Shown one piece after another: positions 9,501 through 19,862 of a stretch of 64,000 bases of DNA. Each line of letters starts with the position of its first letter. Positions within the stretch are counted from its first letter, which is position 1. Source of the stretch: an uncultured Limibaculum sp. (lineage in GTDB: Bacteria; Pseudomonadota; Alphaproteobacteria; Rhodobacterales; Rhodobacteraceae). The stretch is taken from NCBI GenBank assembly GCA_964576075.1, contig CAZNTX010000009.1, positions 992 to 64,991 on the forward strand. The letters are read 5' to 3'. The notes beneath the pieces were generated by a model. The model was not told the DNA's origin and made no database searches. It saw nothing but the letters and a program-made list of their open reading frames with translations. Made by a program: the position numbers and the translations under genes.

Positions 9501-10714
9501 CCCATCCACGCGTCGCACCTTGAGGAGACGGTCGCGCCCAACCTGGAGAGGGGGTTGGAGCCCCGGGCTTGGGGCGGCAAGCGGATCGAGGCGCCGCTCG
9601 GCCTCGCGGTCCACCCCGCCGAACAGGGGAGCGAGCTGACGCCAGAGCAGGTCGCCGGGCGACGGGAGACAGACCCCGGCCATTCTCGGCCGTCCAAGCA
9701 GCCCGAGGCCGGGGCGCGGGGCTGCATGGGTGAAGGGCTGCCCGGTCTCGCGCGGAAACGGGCCTCGAGCACGGCGCCGTTTTCGCCGACGACGGCAAGG
9801 AGGTCTGCGGCACCGAGCGGCACCCCTTGGAGCCTTACCTCGCTCTCTCGGACGAAGATGCGGCGCCCGCGGACGGCCGGCTTCGTGGGCGGATCCAACC
9901 GCACCGGCTCGATACTGGCTGGATGAGGTCTCCGGCGTGAAGATGCGCGAGATCGCTCGCCGGATCGTCGAGGCCCTCCAGGCCGACCTCGCCGCCCGGC
10001 TCGGCTCCTACAGCCAGGCGCCCCCCATCTCGGATACCGGAACCGGGGCCGCAGACCGCTCGACCCAATCCTGTGAGTGGTGAGCAGCGACGGCCGATGT
10101 GAGGACCGCCGGAGGTGGTCTGGGCAAAGACGGGGGGCACTCGGGCAGGGTCGGCGGACGCCGGATCCGAGGGGATAGCGGAGGAAGGCCGGGCGGACGG
10201 CCTCGCCGGGGATCGCGTCGGCGCGGAGGCGGTCGGTGCTCTGGAGCGGGTCGGGTCATGCCGTGGTCGAGCCCGGCGCGGATGTCGTCGGCATCCTCGA
10301 CCGGGCCGGCCGGGCCCGTGCCGCAGGCGCTCGTCGGGCTTGGGCCTCTCGCCAGGCTCGTTCGAGCTGGACCCGATCGGGACCGTCGGGCAGCGCATCT
10401 GCGGGAGCCGGCTCCCGAAATGGGTGTTCGCGAGTTCAGACGACATCGCAGCCAACTCCTGCGAGCCATGGAGCCGCCTGGCCGGCGGCCAGGGGAAGGT
10501 CATGACCGTCGGCCTCAGCGATCCGGCCCAGGAGGTTCGCGCCGGGGGAAGAAGGACACCGGGCGCCCCCGCATCCGCCGGCGACGCGACCCGGACCGGA
10601 GAGGCCGCCGCTTGGCGGCGCCCCGCCAGGCGGAGCCCGGAGCATGCCCGGCGCCGGGCGTCCTCGCCCCCTCTCCATCCGGCCGGGGCCGGATGCGGAG
10701 GCAGGCGCCCGGGC

Positions 10715-11425
10715 TCAGCCCGCCTGGCCCTGCTCGGCGGCCTCGGTCGGGATCGGATCGCGGAGCACGTAGCCGCGGCCCCAGACCGTCTCGATATAGT
10801 TCTCGCCCCCGGTCGCCGTGGTGAGCTTCTTGCGGAGCTTGCAGATGAAGACGTCGATGATCTTCACCTCGGGCTCGTCCATCCCGCCGTAGAGATGATT
10901 GAGGAACATCTCCTTCGTCAGCGTCGAGCCCTTTCGCAGCGAGAGCAGTTCGAGCATCTGGTATTCCTTGCCCGTCAGATGCACCGGGTGGCCCGCGACC
11001 TCGACCGTCTTGGCGTCGAGATTGACCGACAGCTTGCCGGTGCGGATGATGGACTGGGCGTGGCCCTTGGATCGGCGCACGATGGCGTGGATGCGCGCCA
11101 CCAATTCCTCCCGGTCGAACGGCTTGGTGAGATAGTCGTCGGCGCCGCAGCCGAAGCCTTTCACCTTGTTCTCGGAGGTGTCGTAGCCCGAGAGGATGAG
11201 CGTCGGCGTCTCGATCTTGGCCATGCGGAGCTTCCTCAGCACGTCGTAGCCGTCCATATCCGGCAGGCTGAGATCGAGGATGATCAGATCGTAATCGTAG
11301 AGCTTGGCCAGCTCGACCCCTTCCTCGCCGCTATCGGTGACGTAAGGGTTTAGCTCGGCCTTGCGCAGGATCAGCTCGATGCTGTCCGCCGTCGTCCGAT
11401 CATCCTCGATCAGCAATATCCGCAT
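10715..11425 (-). CDS. ctrA: Cell-cycle response regulator CtrA
   Basis: [72 protein letters not shown] is the CtrA signature. Confidence 0.97.
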   Translation of the reverse strand: MRILLIEDDRTTADSIELILRKAELNPYVTDSGEEGVELAKLYDYDLIILDLSLPDMDGYDVLRKLRMAKIETPTLILSGYDTSENKVKGFGCGADDYLTKPFDREELVARIHAIVRRSKGHAQSIIRTGKLSVNLDAKTVEVAGHPVHLTGKEYQMLELLSLRKGSTLTKEMFLNHLYGGMDEPEVKIIDVFICKLRKKLTTATGGENYIETVWGRGYVLRDPIPTEAAEQGQAG

Positions 11426-11469
11426 GCCACGCTCCCGAGCCCGCCTACACCGTATCAAAGGCCCGGAAA

Positions 11470-11501
11470 GGTTAATACCGAAAGGGTAAACGCCGGGTTA
11501 C
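11470..11501. promoter_or_regulatory. Candidate CtrA autoregulatory sites upstream of ctrA
   Basis: A TTAA(C) half-site at 11472-11475 plus TAAA-N7-TTAC at 11487-11501, two mismatches to TTAA-N7-TTAA, in an AT-rich gap. Confidence 0.45.
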
Positions 11502-11523
11502 CGAATGCGGATTTCGCCGTCGC

Positions 11524-11802
11524 TCATTCTGATTGGGGGCGGTGGCGCTTGAGCTGCGTCACCCGCAGGCCGCGCATGCCGTAGGCACGCAGCGCGGCCC
11601 GCCAGCTATCGAATTCTTCGTCGCTGATGGAATAGAGCCGAGCGGCTTCTTCGCGCGTGATCAGTCCGCCTTCTACGGCAGCCACCACCTTGGCCTTGCG
11701 GCGCGGGATCCATCTTCGGGTCGAGGTCGGCGGCAGATCGGCCTTGGTCATCCGCTCCCCGTCGGGGCCGATGACGTATGGGACGGAACACGTGTCTTCC
11801 AT
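11524..11802 (-). CDS. sciP: SciP / DUF1153 CtrA inhibitor
   Basis: YVIGPDG..TKADLPP..TRRW..RRKAKVVAAV.GGLIT.EEA...Y.IS.EEF.SW motif, directly upstream of ctrA, with an AAGGAG RBS. Confidence 0.9.
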   Translation of the reverse strand: MEDTCSVPYVIGPDGERMTKADLPPTSTRRWIPRRKAKVVAAVEGGLITREEAARLYSISDEEFDSWRAALRAYGMRGLRVTQLKRHRPQSE

Positions 11803-11860
11803 CACGCTCCTTCTGCTGTTAGGTCGCGCGATGAAGCTAGGCGTCTGGGATTAAAAGCTC

Positions 11861-13045
11861 ATGAAGGCTCGAACCGCAGAGATCGCAGACCCGCAGGCCG
11901 CGACCAACGGCCTCGGCCTGCCGAAGCCCCCCGCCGAGACGCGCGTGGTGGTGGCGATGTCGGGGGGCGTCGACAGTTCCGTCGTCGCGGCGGAGCTCGC
12001 CGCGCAGGGCTACGACGTCGTCGGCATCACGCTGCAACTCTACGACCACGGCGCGGCGCTCGCCAAGAAGGGCGCCTGCTGCGCGGGGCGCGACATCCAC
12101 GACGCCCGCCGCGTCGCCGAGACCATGGGCTTCCCCCATTACGTGCTCGACTACGAGAGCCGCTTCCGCGAGGCGGTGATCGACGATTTCACCGACCAGT
12201 ATCTCGCCGGCGCCACGCCGATTCCCTGCGTGCGCTGCAACGAGCGGGTGAAATTCCGCGATCTGCTGGAGACGGCGAAGGATCTCGACGCCGACTGCCT
12301 CGCCACCGGGCACTATATCCGCCGCGTCGAGGGGTCGCAGGGGCCGGAGCTCCACATGGCGGCCGATCCGGCGCGCGACCAGAGCTATTTCCTCTTCGCC
12401 ACAACCCGGGAGCAGCTCGACTTCCTGCGATTCCCCCTCGGCCATCTCGCCTCCAAGGCCGAAACCCGGGCGCTCGCCGCCAAGCACGGGCTGCCGGTGG
12501 CGGAGAAGCCGGACAGCCAGGACATCTGCTTCGTCCCCCAGGGCCGTTATTCGGAGGTGATCGAGAAGCTCCGCCCCGGCGCCGCGGAGCCCGGCGAGAT
12601 CGTCGATCTCGAGGGCCGCGTGCTCGGCCGGCACGACGGCGTGATCCGCTACACCGTCGGCCAGCGCCGCGGGCTCGGCATCGGCGGCGGGGAGCCTCTC
12701 TACGTGGTGCGCCTCGAGCCCGAGACGCGGCGGGTGGTCGTCGGCCCGCGTGCGGCGCTCGGGGTCTCGCGGGTGGCGCTCGAGGGGGTGAACTGGCTCG
12801 GCGACGGCGCCTTCGAGGACGCGGGGCCCGAGGGCCATCCGGCGCGGGTGCGCATCCGCTCGACGCGCCCGCCGGTGCCGGCCCGGATCCACCCCCGTCC
12901 CGGCGGGGCGGAGGTCGTCCTCGTCGCGCCAGAGGAGGGGGTGGCGCCGGGGCAGGCCTGCGTCTTCTACGCCCCGGAGGGCAGCCGCGTCCTCGGCGGC
13001 GGCTGGATCGCGCGCCGGCCGGATCGCAGCGGGGGGGCGGGGTGA
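11861..13045 (+). CDS. mnmA: tRNA-specific 2-thiouridylase MnmA
   Basis: [50 protein letters not shown] and PGQACVFY. Confidence 0.97.
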   Translation: MKARTAEIADPQAATNGLGLPKPPAETRVVVAMSGGVDSSVVAAELAAQGYDVVGITLQLYDHGAALAKKGACCAGRDIHDARRVAETMGFPHYVLDYESRFREAVIDDFTDQYLAGATPIPCVRCNERVKFRDLLETAKDLDADCLATGHYIRRVEGSQGPELHMAADPARDQSYFLFATTREQLDFLRFPLGHLASKAETRALAAKHGLPVAEKPDSQDICFVPQGRYSEVIEKLRPGAAEPGEIVDLEGRVLGRHDGVIRYTVGQRRGLGIGGGEPLYVVRLEPETRRVVVGPRAALGVSRVALEGVNWLGDGAFEDAGPEGHPARVRIRSTRPPVPARIHPRPGGAEVVLVAPEEGVAPGQACVFYAPEGSRVLGGGWIARRPDRSGGAG

Positions 13046-13935
13046 TGGCGCCCGGGTCCGGGATCGTCGCGATCGCCCGGCGGGTCGCCTCCAAGGCGGG
13101 GCTGCGGCTGATGCGCCGCCCGCCCTATCTGCGCCGCGCCGATCCGCCGGTCCCCTCGCGCCGCTTCGCCGCCCACGCCGCGCCCGCCCTCCTCGCCCCG
13201 GTCGCGCGCCAGGCCGAGACCTGGAGCCCGACCGGCACCCGCCTCGAGGCCGTCTGGCGCGAGATCCCCGGCGGCTACAAATGGCGCCACTACTTCCCCT
13301 TCTACGAGGAGATCCTCGCCCCCTATCTCGGCCGCCCCGTGCGGCTTCTCGAAATCGGCGTGTTCCGCGGCGGCTCCCTGCAGATGTGGACGCGCTATTT
13401 GCCCGAGGGATCGACGGTCGTCGGCCTCGACATCGACCCGGCTTGCGCCCGCTTCGACCGGCCGGAGGCGCGCTGTCACGTGCGCATCGGAGACCAGTCC
13501 GACCCCGACTTCCTCGCCGCGGTCGTGCGCGAGTTCGGCCCGTTCGACATCGTGATCGACGACGGCAGCCATTTCGCCTCGCATATGATCGCGAGCTTCA
13601 ACGCCCTGTTCCTGGACGGGCTGGCCGCGCCGGGGCTCTATGTCGTGGAGGACACCCACAGCAACTACTGGGACCTGCCCTTCCGCGACCAGCCCTACAC
13701 CTTCATGGACTATGCGAAGGACCTCGTCGATCTGCTGCATGCGCATTACCCGCAGGCGCGCCGCCCGGAGCTCTTCCGCACCGGCCGGGAGACGCGGCTC
13801 GCGGCGATCGAGGTGCCCCGCCTCTCCGCCGAGATCGGGGAGATCCGCTTCCGCGACAGCCTCGTCGCCATCGCCCGCGTCCCGCCGATGGCGCTCCCCG
13901 TCGTCGACGCGATCCCCGAGGCCGAGGCCCGCTGA
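13045..13935 (+). CDS. Class I SAM-dependent methyltransferase (MycE/ElmMI-like)
   Basis: YKWRHYFPFYE, RLLEIGVFRGGSLQMW, GDQSD, DIVIDDGSH and GLYVVED. The ATG overlaps the mnmA stop (TGATG). Confidence 0.85.
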   Translation: MAPGSGIVAIARRVASKAGLRLMRRPPYLRRADPPVPSRRFAAHAAPALLAPVARQAETWSPTGTRLEAVWREIPGGYKWRHYFPFYEEILAPYLGRPVRLLEIGVFRGGSLQMWTRYLPEGSTVVGLDIDPACARFDRPEARCHVRIGDQSDPDFLAAVVREFGPFDIVIDDGSHFASHMIASFNALFLDGLAAPGLYVVEDTHSNYWDLPFRDQPYTFMDYAKDLVDLLHAHYPQARRPELFRTGRETRLAAIEVPRLSAEIGEIRFRDSLVAIARVPPMALPVVDAIPEAEAR

Positions 13936-14026
13936 CCGAAAGCGCGCGGCCTCGCCTCGGGCACGGCGGCGGTTGCCCGCGCGCGGGCCCGGCCCTAGCC
14001 TCGGCGCGACAACAAGGGAGAGCCCC

Positions 14027-15424
14027 ATGCCCGACGCCGCCGCCCCCCTCGCCCGCGTGCTCGACCGGCTCGATGCCGACCGGGAGGGCGCCCTCGCCCG
14101 CCTCTTCGAGCTGCTTGCCTGCCAGTCGGTCTCGACCGATCCGGCCTATGACGGCGAATGCCGCCGCGCCGCGGAGTGGCTCCGCGCCGATCTCGCAGGG
14201 CTCGGCCTCGCCGCCCGGCTCGTCGAGGACCCCGAAGGCGGCAAGCCGATCGTGCTCGCCACAGGCGGCGAGGGGGCGCCGCATCTCCTCTTCTACGGCC
14301 ATTACGACGTCCAGCCCCCCGATCCGCTGGCGCTTTGGGACCACCCCCCCTTCGAGCCGGTGCTCCGCGAGGAAAACGGCCGGCAGGTGATCTCGGCGCG
14401 CGGCGCGACCGACGACAAAGGCCAGGTGATGACCTTCCTCGAGGCGCTGAGGGCCGTCGTCGCCGAGACCGGCGCCCTGCCCTGCCGCCTCACGGTGCTG
14501 ATCGAGGGGGAGGAGGAGAGCGGCGGGCACGCCCTCTCCCGCTTCCTCGCCACCGAGCCGGAGGAGCTCCGCGCCAATCTCGCCCTCGTCTGCGACACCG
14601 GCATGTGGGCGCCCGGCATCCCCGCCATCACCACCCGGCTCCGCGGCAACTGCACCGAGGAGGTGACCGTCCACGGCGCGACCCGCGATCTCCATTCCGG
14701 GCTCTACGGCTCGGCGGCGGCGAACCCGATCCACGAACTCGTGCGCGCCCTCGCGGGGCTCAGAGACGGCGAGGGGCGGATCCTGCTGCGGGGCTTCTAC
14801 GACGGCGTGCGCGATCCCGACCCCGCGATCCGCGCGCAATGGGACGCGCTCGGCTTCGACCCGGCGGCCTTCCTCGGCGGCGTGGGCCTCTCGGTCCCCG
14901 CCGGCGAGGCCGACCGCAGCGCGCTCGAGCAGCTCTGGTCGCGCCCGACGGCGGAGGTGAACGGGATCTGGGGGGGCTATACGGGCGCGGGCTTCAAGAC
15001 GGTGATCCCGGCGGAGGCCCATGCCAAGGTGAGCTTCCGCCTCGTCGGCGATCAGGATCCGGAGGCCATCCGCGCCGCCTTCCGCGCCCATGTGACGGGC
15101 GCGATCCGCCCCGATTGCCGCGCCGAGTTCCGCGCCTATGGCGGGGCGAAGGCGATCGAGATGCCCACCGACGCGCCCGCCTTCGCCAAGGCCCGCGCCG
15201 CGCTCGAGGCGGAATGGGGGGTGGCGCCCGCGCTCGTCGGCATCGGGGGCTCGATCCCGGTGTTTGGGGACTTCAAGCGCCGCCTCGGGCTCGACAGCCT
15301 GCTCGTCGGCTTCTCGCTCGAGGACGACCGGATGCACTCGCCCAACGAGAAATACGACCTCGAGAGCTTCACCAAGGGCGCCCGGTCCTGGGCGCGCATC
15401 CTGGATGCCCTCTCCGCCGGCTGA
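14027..15424 (+). CDS. M20/M25/M40 family metallo-dipeptidase
   Basis: LFYGHYDVQP, ARGATDDKGQ, IEGEEESG, DLHSGLYG and MHSPNEKY. Confidence 0.92.
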   Translation: MPDAAAPLARVLDRLDADREGALARLFELLACQSVSTDPAYDGECRRAAEWLRADLAGLGLAARLVEDPEGGKPIVLATGGEGAPHLLFYGHYDVQPPDPLALWDHPPFEPVLREENGRQVISARGATDDKGQVMTFLEALRAVVAETGALPCRLTVLIEGEEESGGHALSRFLATEPEELRANLALVCDTGMWAPGIPAITTRLRGNCTEEVTVHGATRDLHSGLYGSAAANPIHELVRALAGLRDGEGRILLRGFYDGVRDPDPAIRAQWDALGFDPAAFLGGVGLSVPAGEADRSALEQLWSRPTAEVNGIWGGYTGAGFKTVIPAEAHAKVSFRLVGDQDPEAIRAAFRAHVTGAIRPDCRAEFRAYGGAKAIEMPTDAPAFAKARAALEAEWGVAPALVGIGGSIPVFGDFKRRLGLDSLLVGFSLEDDRMHSPNEKYDLESFTKGARSWARILDALSAG

Positions 15425-15466
15425 GCGGGGGTGGCGCGGGCCGGCCCCGGCCCGCGCAAGCCTTCG

Positions 15467-15598
15467 TCAGGCGCTCGGCTTCTCGACCTGCTCCTTCGGC
15501 TTCTCGGTGGTCTGCTTCGACCAGCCGCACTCGGCGGCGGCCGGCAGAGCGAAGGAGGCGATGGCGAGGCCGAGAACCGGCAGAACGATCTTTTTCAT
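15467..15598 (-). CDS. Small secreted protein (43 aa)
   Basis: MKKIVLPVLGLAIASFALPAAA is a signal peptide, followed by a 21-aa mature peptide ECGWSKQTT.... A GGAG RBS is present. Confidence 0.7.
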   Translation of the reverse strand: MKKIVLPVLGLAIASFALPAAAECGWSKQTTEKPKEQVEKPSA

Positions 15599-15655
15599 GG
15601 TCCTGTCTCCGTGCAGTGCTTGGGTATCGGAAAAGATAGGGCAGGATCCCGCTTC

Positions 15656-16726
15656 ATGACAGAAAATTTTTCGACCGGACCTGTCGGGGCGCTCTATACC
15701 GGCGGAACCCTCGGCTGTGCCGGGCGCCCGCTGGCGCCGATGCCGGGACCCGCCTTCCGCGCCGCCTGCCGTCGCGCAGGGGTCCTCGGCGAGGCGGGCT
15801 GGGGCTGGACCGCCGCGCCCCTCGACAGCGCCGAGATCGCCCCGGCGGACCGCCTCGCCATCGCCCGCCGCCTGCTCGCGCGGGAGGGGCCCACCATCGT
15901 CCTCCACGGCACCGACACCCTCGCGGACACCGCCGCGACGCTCGCCTTCCTCCTGACCGAGACCGATCCGCAGGGCCGCGCCGTGGCGCGCCACGCGCCG
16001 GCGACGATCCTCACCGGCAGCCAGCGCCCCCTCCTCGCCCCCGAGGGCGGGATCGACCCAGGCTCCGACGCGCCCGGCAATCTCGCGCTCGCCGAACGCG
16101 CCGCCCTCGATCCCGGCCAGGCCGGCCTGGTGAGCCTGGTCTTCGGCGGGCGGAGGATCTCGGGGGCGCGGGCGCTCAAGGTCTCGACGCTGGCGGACGC
16201 GGCCTTCGCAGCCGCCAACGGCGACGGCGCGCCCGCCCCGCTCCCTGCCGCCGATCCGGCCCGACTATCGGCCCGGCTCGACCGGCTCGCGCCCCATCTC
16301 GGCCGGCGCCTCGTCCTGCCGGTCCTCCCTGCGGCGGGGCCGGCGGGGCTGCAGGCCGAGGCGGTCGGCGCGGCGATGGACCGGCTGGGCGCGCGGCTCG
16401 GCGCGCTCCACCTGCTCGGCCACGGGCTCGGCACCTGGCCGGGCGCCGCGGTCTGGACGCCCCTTCTCGCCCGGGCCGAGCGGGAGGGGATCCTGGTCGC
16501 TCTCGGCAGCTCCGTCCCCGAAGGCCCCGTCGCCCCGGAGACCTACGGCGCCGGCGCCTGGCTCGCCGCGGCGGGCGCCGTGCCGACCGGAGACATGACC
16601 CGCCCAGCCGCCGCCGCCAAGCTCGAGATCGCCCTCGCCCTCGCCGCCGTCGAGGGCTGGGGGCTCGCCGAGACCCGCGCCTTCCTCCGCCGCCCCCTCG
16701 CCGGAGAGATCGCGGCCGCGCCCTGA
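15656..16726 (+). CDS. L-asparaginase family protein
   Basis: LYTGGTLG, VLHGTDTLADTA, ILTGSQRP and GDMTRPAAAAKL. Confidence 0.85.
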   Translation: MTENFSTGPVGALYTGGTLGCAGRPLAPMPGPAFRAACRRAGVLGEAGWGWTAAPLDSAEIAPADRLAIARRLLAREGPTIVLHGTDTLADTAATLAFLLTETDPQGRAVARHAPATILTGSQRPLLAPEGGIDPGSDAPGNLALAERAALDPGQAGLVSLVFGGRRISGARALKVSTLADAAFAAANGDGAPAPLPAADPARLSARLDRLAPHLGRRLVLPVLPAAGPAGLQAEAVGAAMDRLGARLGALHLLGHGLGTWPGAAVWTPLLARAEREGILVALGSSVPEGPVAPETYGAGAWLAAAGAVPTGDMTRPAAAAKLEIALALAAVEGWGLAETRAFLRRPLAGEIAAAP

Positions 16727-16862
16727 GCCCTCGGGGACCGGGGCCCGCCAGAGGCCCGCCCACTGAGCGCTGGTGCGTGGAGGCGGCGCCCGGACGGGCC
16801 GGCTTGGGGCCAACCGTCGCCTCATCGGGCCCCCTCTCGAGCAGCCACCGGGCGGGTGCGGC

Positions 16863-17132
16863 TTAGGCGCCCTCGGGCCGGCCCCGTCGGCGGCGGGGCG
16901 CATGCGGCCGGGCGGCGGCCTCGCGGAGGAGGCCGGTCATCGGGTGGTTCTCGGGCGGCGCGTGATGGGCGAGGAGGCGGGCGGCGGCCTCGGCCGGGGA
17001 GGCCTCGGCGGGCAGACCGAGCGCCCAGTCGAAGAAGATCGCGCGGGCGTCCTCGGGGCCGAGCGCCTCCATCCGCAACGCCTCGGCGATGAGCGCGCGG
17101 GGGTCGTCCGGATGGGCGTCTTTCCTGGCCAT
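16863..17132 (-). CDS. Conserved hypothetical protein
   Basis: DDPRALIAEALRME..DARAIFFDWAL resembles a small Rhodobacterales family (recollection). It follows the aldolase gene in the same orientation. Confidence 0.7.
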   Translation of the reverse strand: MARKDAHPDDPRALIAEALRMEALGPEDARAIFFDWALGLPAEASPAEAAARLLAHHAPPENHPMTGLLREAAARPHAPRRRRGRPEGA

Positions 17133-17144
17133 CGCACCGCCCTC

Positions 17145-17921
17145 TCAGAGCGCCGCCGCGCGGCAAGCCGCGCCGAGGGCCGCGATGTCGGAGACCGCGG
17201 CGACGAGATCGGCCCCCTCCGCCGCGAGGGCCGCGGCGTCGCGCCCGGGCCAGGGGAAGACGCCGACGAGCCGGCCAGAGGCCCGCGCCGCCCGCGTCAC
17301 CTCGGCGAAGGCCTCGGCGAGGCGCGGGGCGTCGCGCGCCGGGTCGAGGCCGGCATCGCTGGCGTAGTCGAAAGGGCCGAAGAACAGCATGGAAACGCCA
17401 GGCACCGCCGCGATCTCGCCCGCCGCGGCCAGGCCCGCCCGGCTCTCGATCTGGCAGGCGAGGAGCGCGCTGGCGTTCCAGGCGGCCTGATAGCCGGGAT
17501 CCGCGCCGAAGCGGGTGGCGGCGATCACGCCGGCCGCGGCGCCGCGCCGTCCGAGCGGGGGGTAGAGCGCGCGCGCGACGGCCGCCTCGGCCTCCGCCGC
17601 GCTCTCGACCTGGGGGATGACGAGCCCGTCCGCGCCCGCATCGAGGGCCTGCTGGATGCCGGGCTTGGCGTGGTCGGGCACCCGGACGAGGGCGGCCGCG
17701 CCCGCAGCCTTGAGCGCAGCGACCATCGCCGCGGCGGTCTCGACGCCGATCGCCCCGTGCTCCCGGTCCACAACGCCGAGGCGGAGCCCCGAGGCGGCGG
17801 CGATGCGCGCGGGCACCTGGCTCGCGATCCCGAGCCAGGCGCAGGCGACCGCGCCCGGACCGGCGATCCGGTCGAGCGTCTCTCTGGGGGTGGGGGCGCG
17901 CCCCTCGCGGCTCTCGCTCAT
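17145..17921 (-). CDS. HpcH/HpaI aldolase family protein
   Basis: VVDREHG, ALVRVP, ALDAGADGLVIPQVES, YPPLGRRG, CQIES and FFGPFDY. Confidence 0.88.
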   Translation of the reverse strand: MSESREGRAPTPRETLDRIAGPGAVACAWLGIASQVPARIAAASGLRLGVVDREHGAIGVETAAAMVAALKAAGAAALVRVPDHAKPGIQQALDAGADGLVIPQVESAAEAEAAVARALYPPLGRRGAAAGVIAATRFGADPGYQAAWNASALLACQIESRAGLAAAGEIAAVPGVSMLFFGPFDYASDAGLDPARDAPRLAEAFAEVTRAARASGRLVGVFPWPGRDAAALAAEGADLVAAVSDIAALGAACRAAAL

Positions 17922-18062
17922 CGGCCTCTCTCCTCGGCGCCGCACTCTCGCCCGGGCCGGGCGCGCTTGGCAAGCCGGGGCGCATTGCACACCCCGCGCA
18001 GAGGCGGCAAACTCCCGCCCCGCGGCCCGCGCCGCCCGACGCCCCCCGAGGAGCCCCGCCCG

Positions 18063-19847
18063 ATGGCCGCGCCCGACGTCTCCCTCTGGCCCGCGCTGAT
18101 CACCCTCGCCACCCTCGCGGGCATGTTCGTGCTCTTCCTGCGGGAAATCTACCCGCCCGAGGTGGTCGCGCTCGGCGGCGCGGCCTTCCTGCTCGCGATC
18201 GGGGTTCTCGAGGTCGAGGCGGTGCTCGGCGCCCTCGGCAACCCGGCGCCGCTGACCATCGCGGCGATGTTCATCCTCTCGGGCGCGCTCGTGCGCACCG
18301 GCGCGCTCGAGGCGATGACCCGCGCCATCGCCGAGCGCGCCGGAGAGCGCCCGCGCGCCGTCCTCGGCGGGCTCGCGGGCGTCACCATGGGGGCCTCTGC
18401 CTTCATGAACAACACCCCCGTCGTCGTCATGATGATCCCGGTCGCGGGGCGGATCGCCAAGACGATGGGGGTCGCGGTCTCCAAGCTGTTGATCCCGCTC
18501 TCCTATGTGGCGGTGCTCGGGGGCACCTGCACGCTGATCGGCACCTCGACCAACCTCCTGGTCGACGGCGTCGCGCAAGGGGCGGGGCTCGCCCCCTTCG
18601 GCCTCTTCGAGATCACGCCGCTCGCCCTCGTGGTGGCCGCGGCGGGCGTCGGCTTCGTCGCGCTCGCCGCCCCCTGGGCGCTGCCGGAGCGCAATTCGCT
18701 GGTCTCGATGCTGCCCGAGAGGAAGGCGCTCAAGTTCTTCACCGAGGTCGTGATCCCCGAGGGCTCGACGCTGATCGGGCGCAAGGTGCTCGACGTGCCC
18801 TATTTCTCGCGTGCCGGCATGCGGGTGATCGACGTGATCCGCGGCGATCTCTCGCTCCGGCGCCGGCTCCAGGAGGTCGAGCTCGCCGCTGGCGACATCG
18901 TGGTGATCCGCACCGGCGTCAACGAGCTCCTGTCGCTGCGCGAGAACAAGGCGCTGACGATGACCGGGCAGATCGACCCCCTGGGGCAGAAATCCACCAT
19001 CACCGTCGAGGCGCTGATCACCCCGGGGACGCGCCTCGTCGGCCGCCTGCTCGGCGACTTGCGCCTGCGCCGGCGCTACGGCGTCTACCCCCTCGCGGTG
19101 CACAGGCGGGCCGAGCGGGTGGGCAACGTGCTCGACGAGGTGCGCGTGCGCGTCGGCGACACGCTGCTGCTCGAGGGCGCGCCCGACGACATCGCCCGGC
19201 TGGCCAACGAGCAGGGCCTCGCCGACCTCACCCGGCCCTCGGAGCGGCCCTATCGCCGCGAGAAGGCGCCGATCGTGCTCGCGGCGCTCGCGCTCGTGGT
19301 GGTGGGGGCGGCGGCGGGGCTGATGCCGATCGCGGGGCTCGCGCTCATCGCGGTCGCCCTCGTCCTCGTCACCCGCTGCATCGACGCCGAGGAGGCCTTC
19401 GACGCGGTCGAGCTGCGCCTGCTCGCCCTCATCGTCGCCATGCTCGCCATGGGACAGGCGCTCGAGAGCTCCGGCGCGGTGGCGCTTCTCGTCGGCTGGG
19501 CGGCGCCCTGGCTCCTGGAGCTGCCGCCCCAACTCGTGCTCTGGCTGGTGTTCCTGCTGGCCTCGGCGCTGACCGAGCTCGTCTCGAACAACGCGGTGGC
19601 GGTGGTGGTGACGCCGGTGGCGATCTCGGTGGCCGAGACGCTGGGGGTCGACCCGCGGCCCTTCGTGGTGGCGGTGATGCTCGCGGCCTCGGCGAGCTTC
19701 GCGACCCCGATCGGCTATCAGACCAACACCATGGTCTACGCCCCCGGCGGCTACCGCTTCACCGACTTCATGCGCCTCGGCATCCCCCTCAATCTCGGCG
19801 TCGGCGTGCTCGCCGCCCTCCTCATCCCCCTCCTCTGGCCCCTCTGA
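18063..19847 (+). CDS. SLC13 family permease with TrkA-C domains
   Basis: SAFMNNTPVV, LGGTCTLIGTSTNL, two TrkA-C-like repeats, TELVSNNAVA and FATPIGYQTNTMV. Confidence 0.92.
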   Translation: MAAPDVSLWPALITLATLAGMFVLFLREIYPPEVVALGGAAFLLAIGVLEVEAVLGALGNPAPLTIAAMFILSGALVRTGALEAMTRAIAERAGERPRAVLGGLAGVTMGASAFMNNTPVVVMMIPVAGRIAKTMGVAVSKLLIPLSYVAVLGGTCTLIGTSTNLLVDGVAQGAGLAPFGLFEITPLALVVAAAGVGFVALAAPWALPERNSLVSMLPERKALKFFTEVVIPEGSTLIGRKVLDVPYFSRAGMRVIDVIRGDLSLRRRLQEVELAAGDIVVIRTGVNELLSLRENKALTMTGQIDPLGQKSTITVEALITPGTRLVGRLLGDLRLRRRYGVYPLAVHRRAERVGNVLDEVRVRVGDTLLLEGAPDDIARLANEQGLADLTRPSERPYRREKAPIVLAALALVVVGAAAGLMPIAGLALIAVALVLVTRCIDAEEAFDAVELRLLALIVAMLAMGQALESSGAVALLVGWAAPWLLELPPQLVLWLVFLLASALTELVSNNAVAVVVTPVAISVAETLGVDPRPFVVAVMLAASASFATPIGYQTNTMVYAPGGYRFTDFMRLGIPLNLGVGVLAALLIPLLWPL

Positions 19848-19862
19848 GCGGCCCGCGCGGGG

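Noticed and set aside
9915-10020. Resemblance of MREIARRIVEALQ to the C-terminus of type I restriction HsdR
   Set aside because: Too short and low in identity; no other restriction-modification motifs nearby.
10250-10560. Possible IS110 or alpha/beta-hydrolase remnant on the minus strand
   Set aside because: Two incompatible weak resemblances and no catalytic motif; cannot be called without a search.
11803-11860. Full CtrA box in the sciP/mnmA divergent gap
   Set aside because: Only isolated TTAA/TAAC half-sites, without the N7 spacing.
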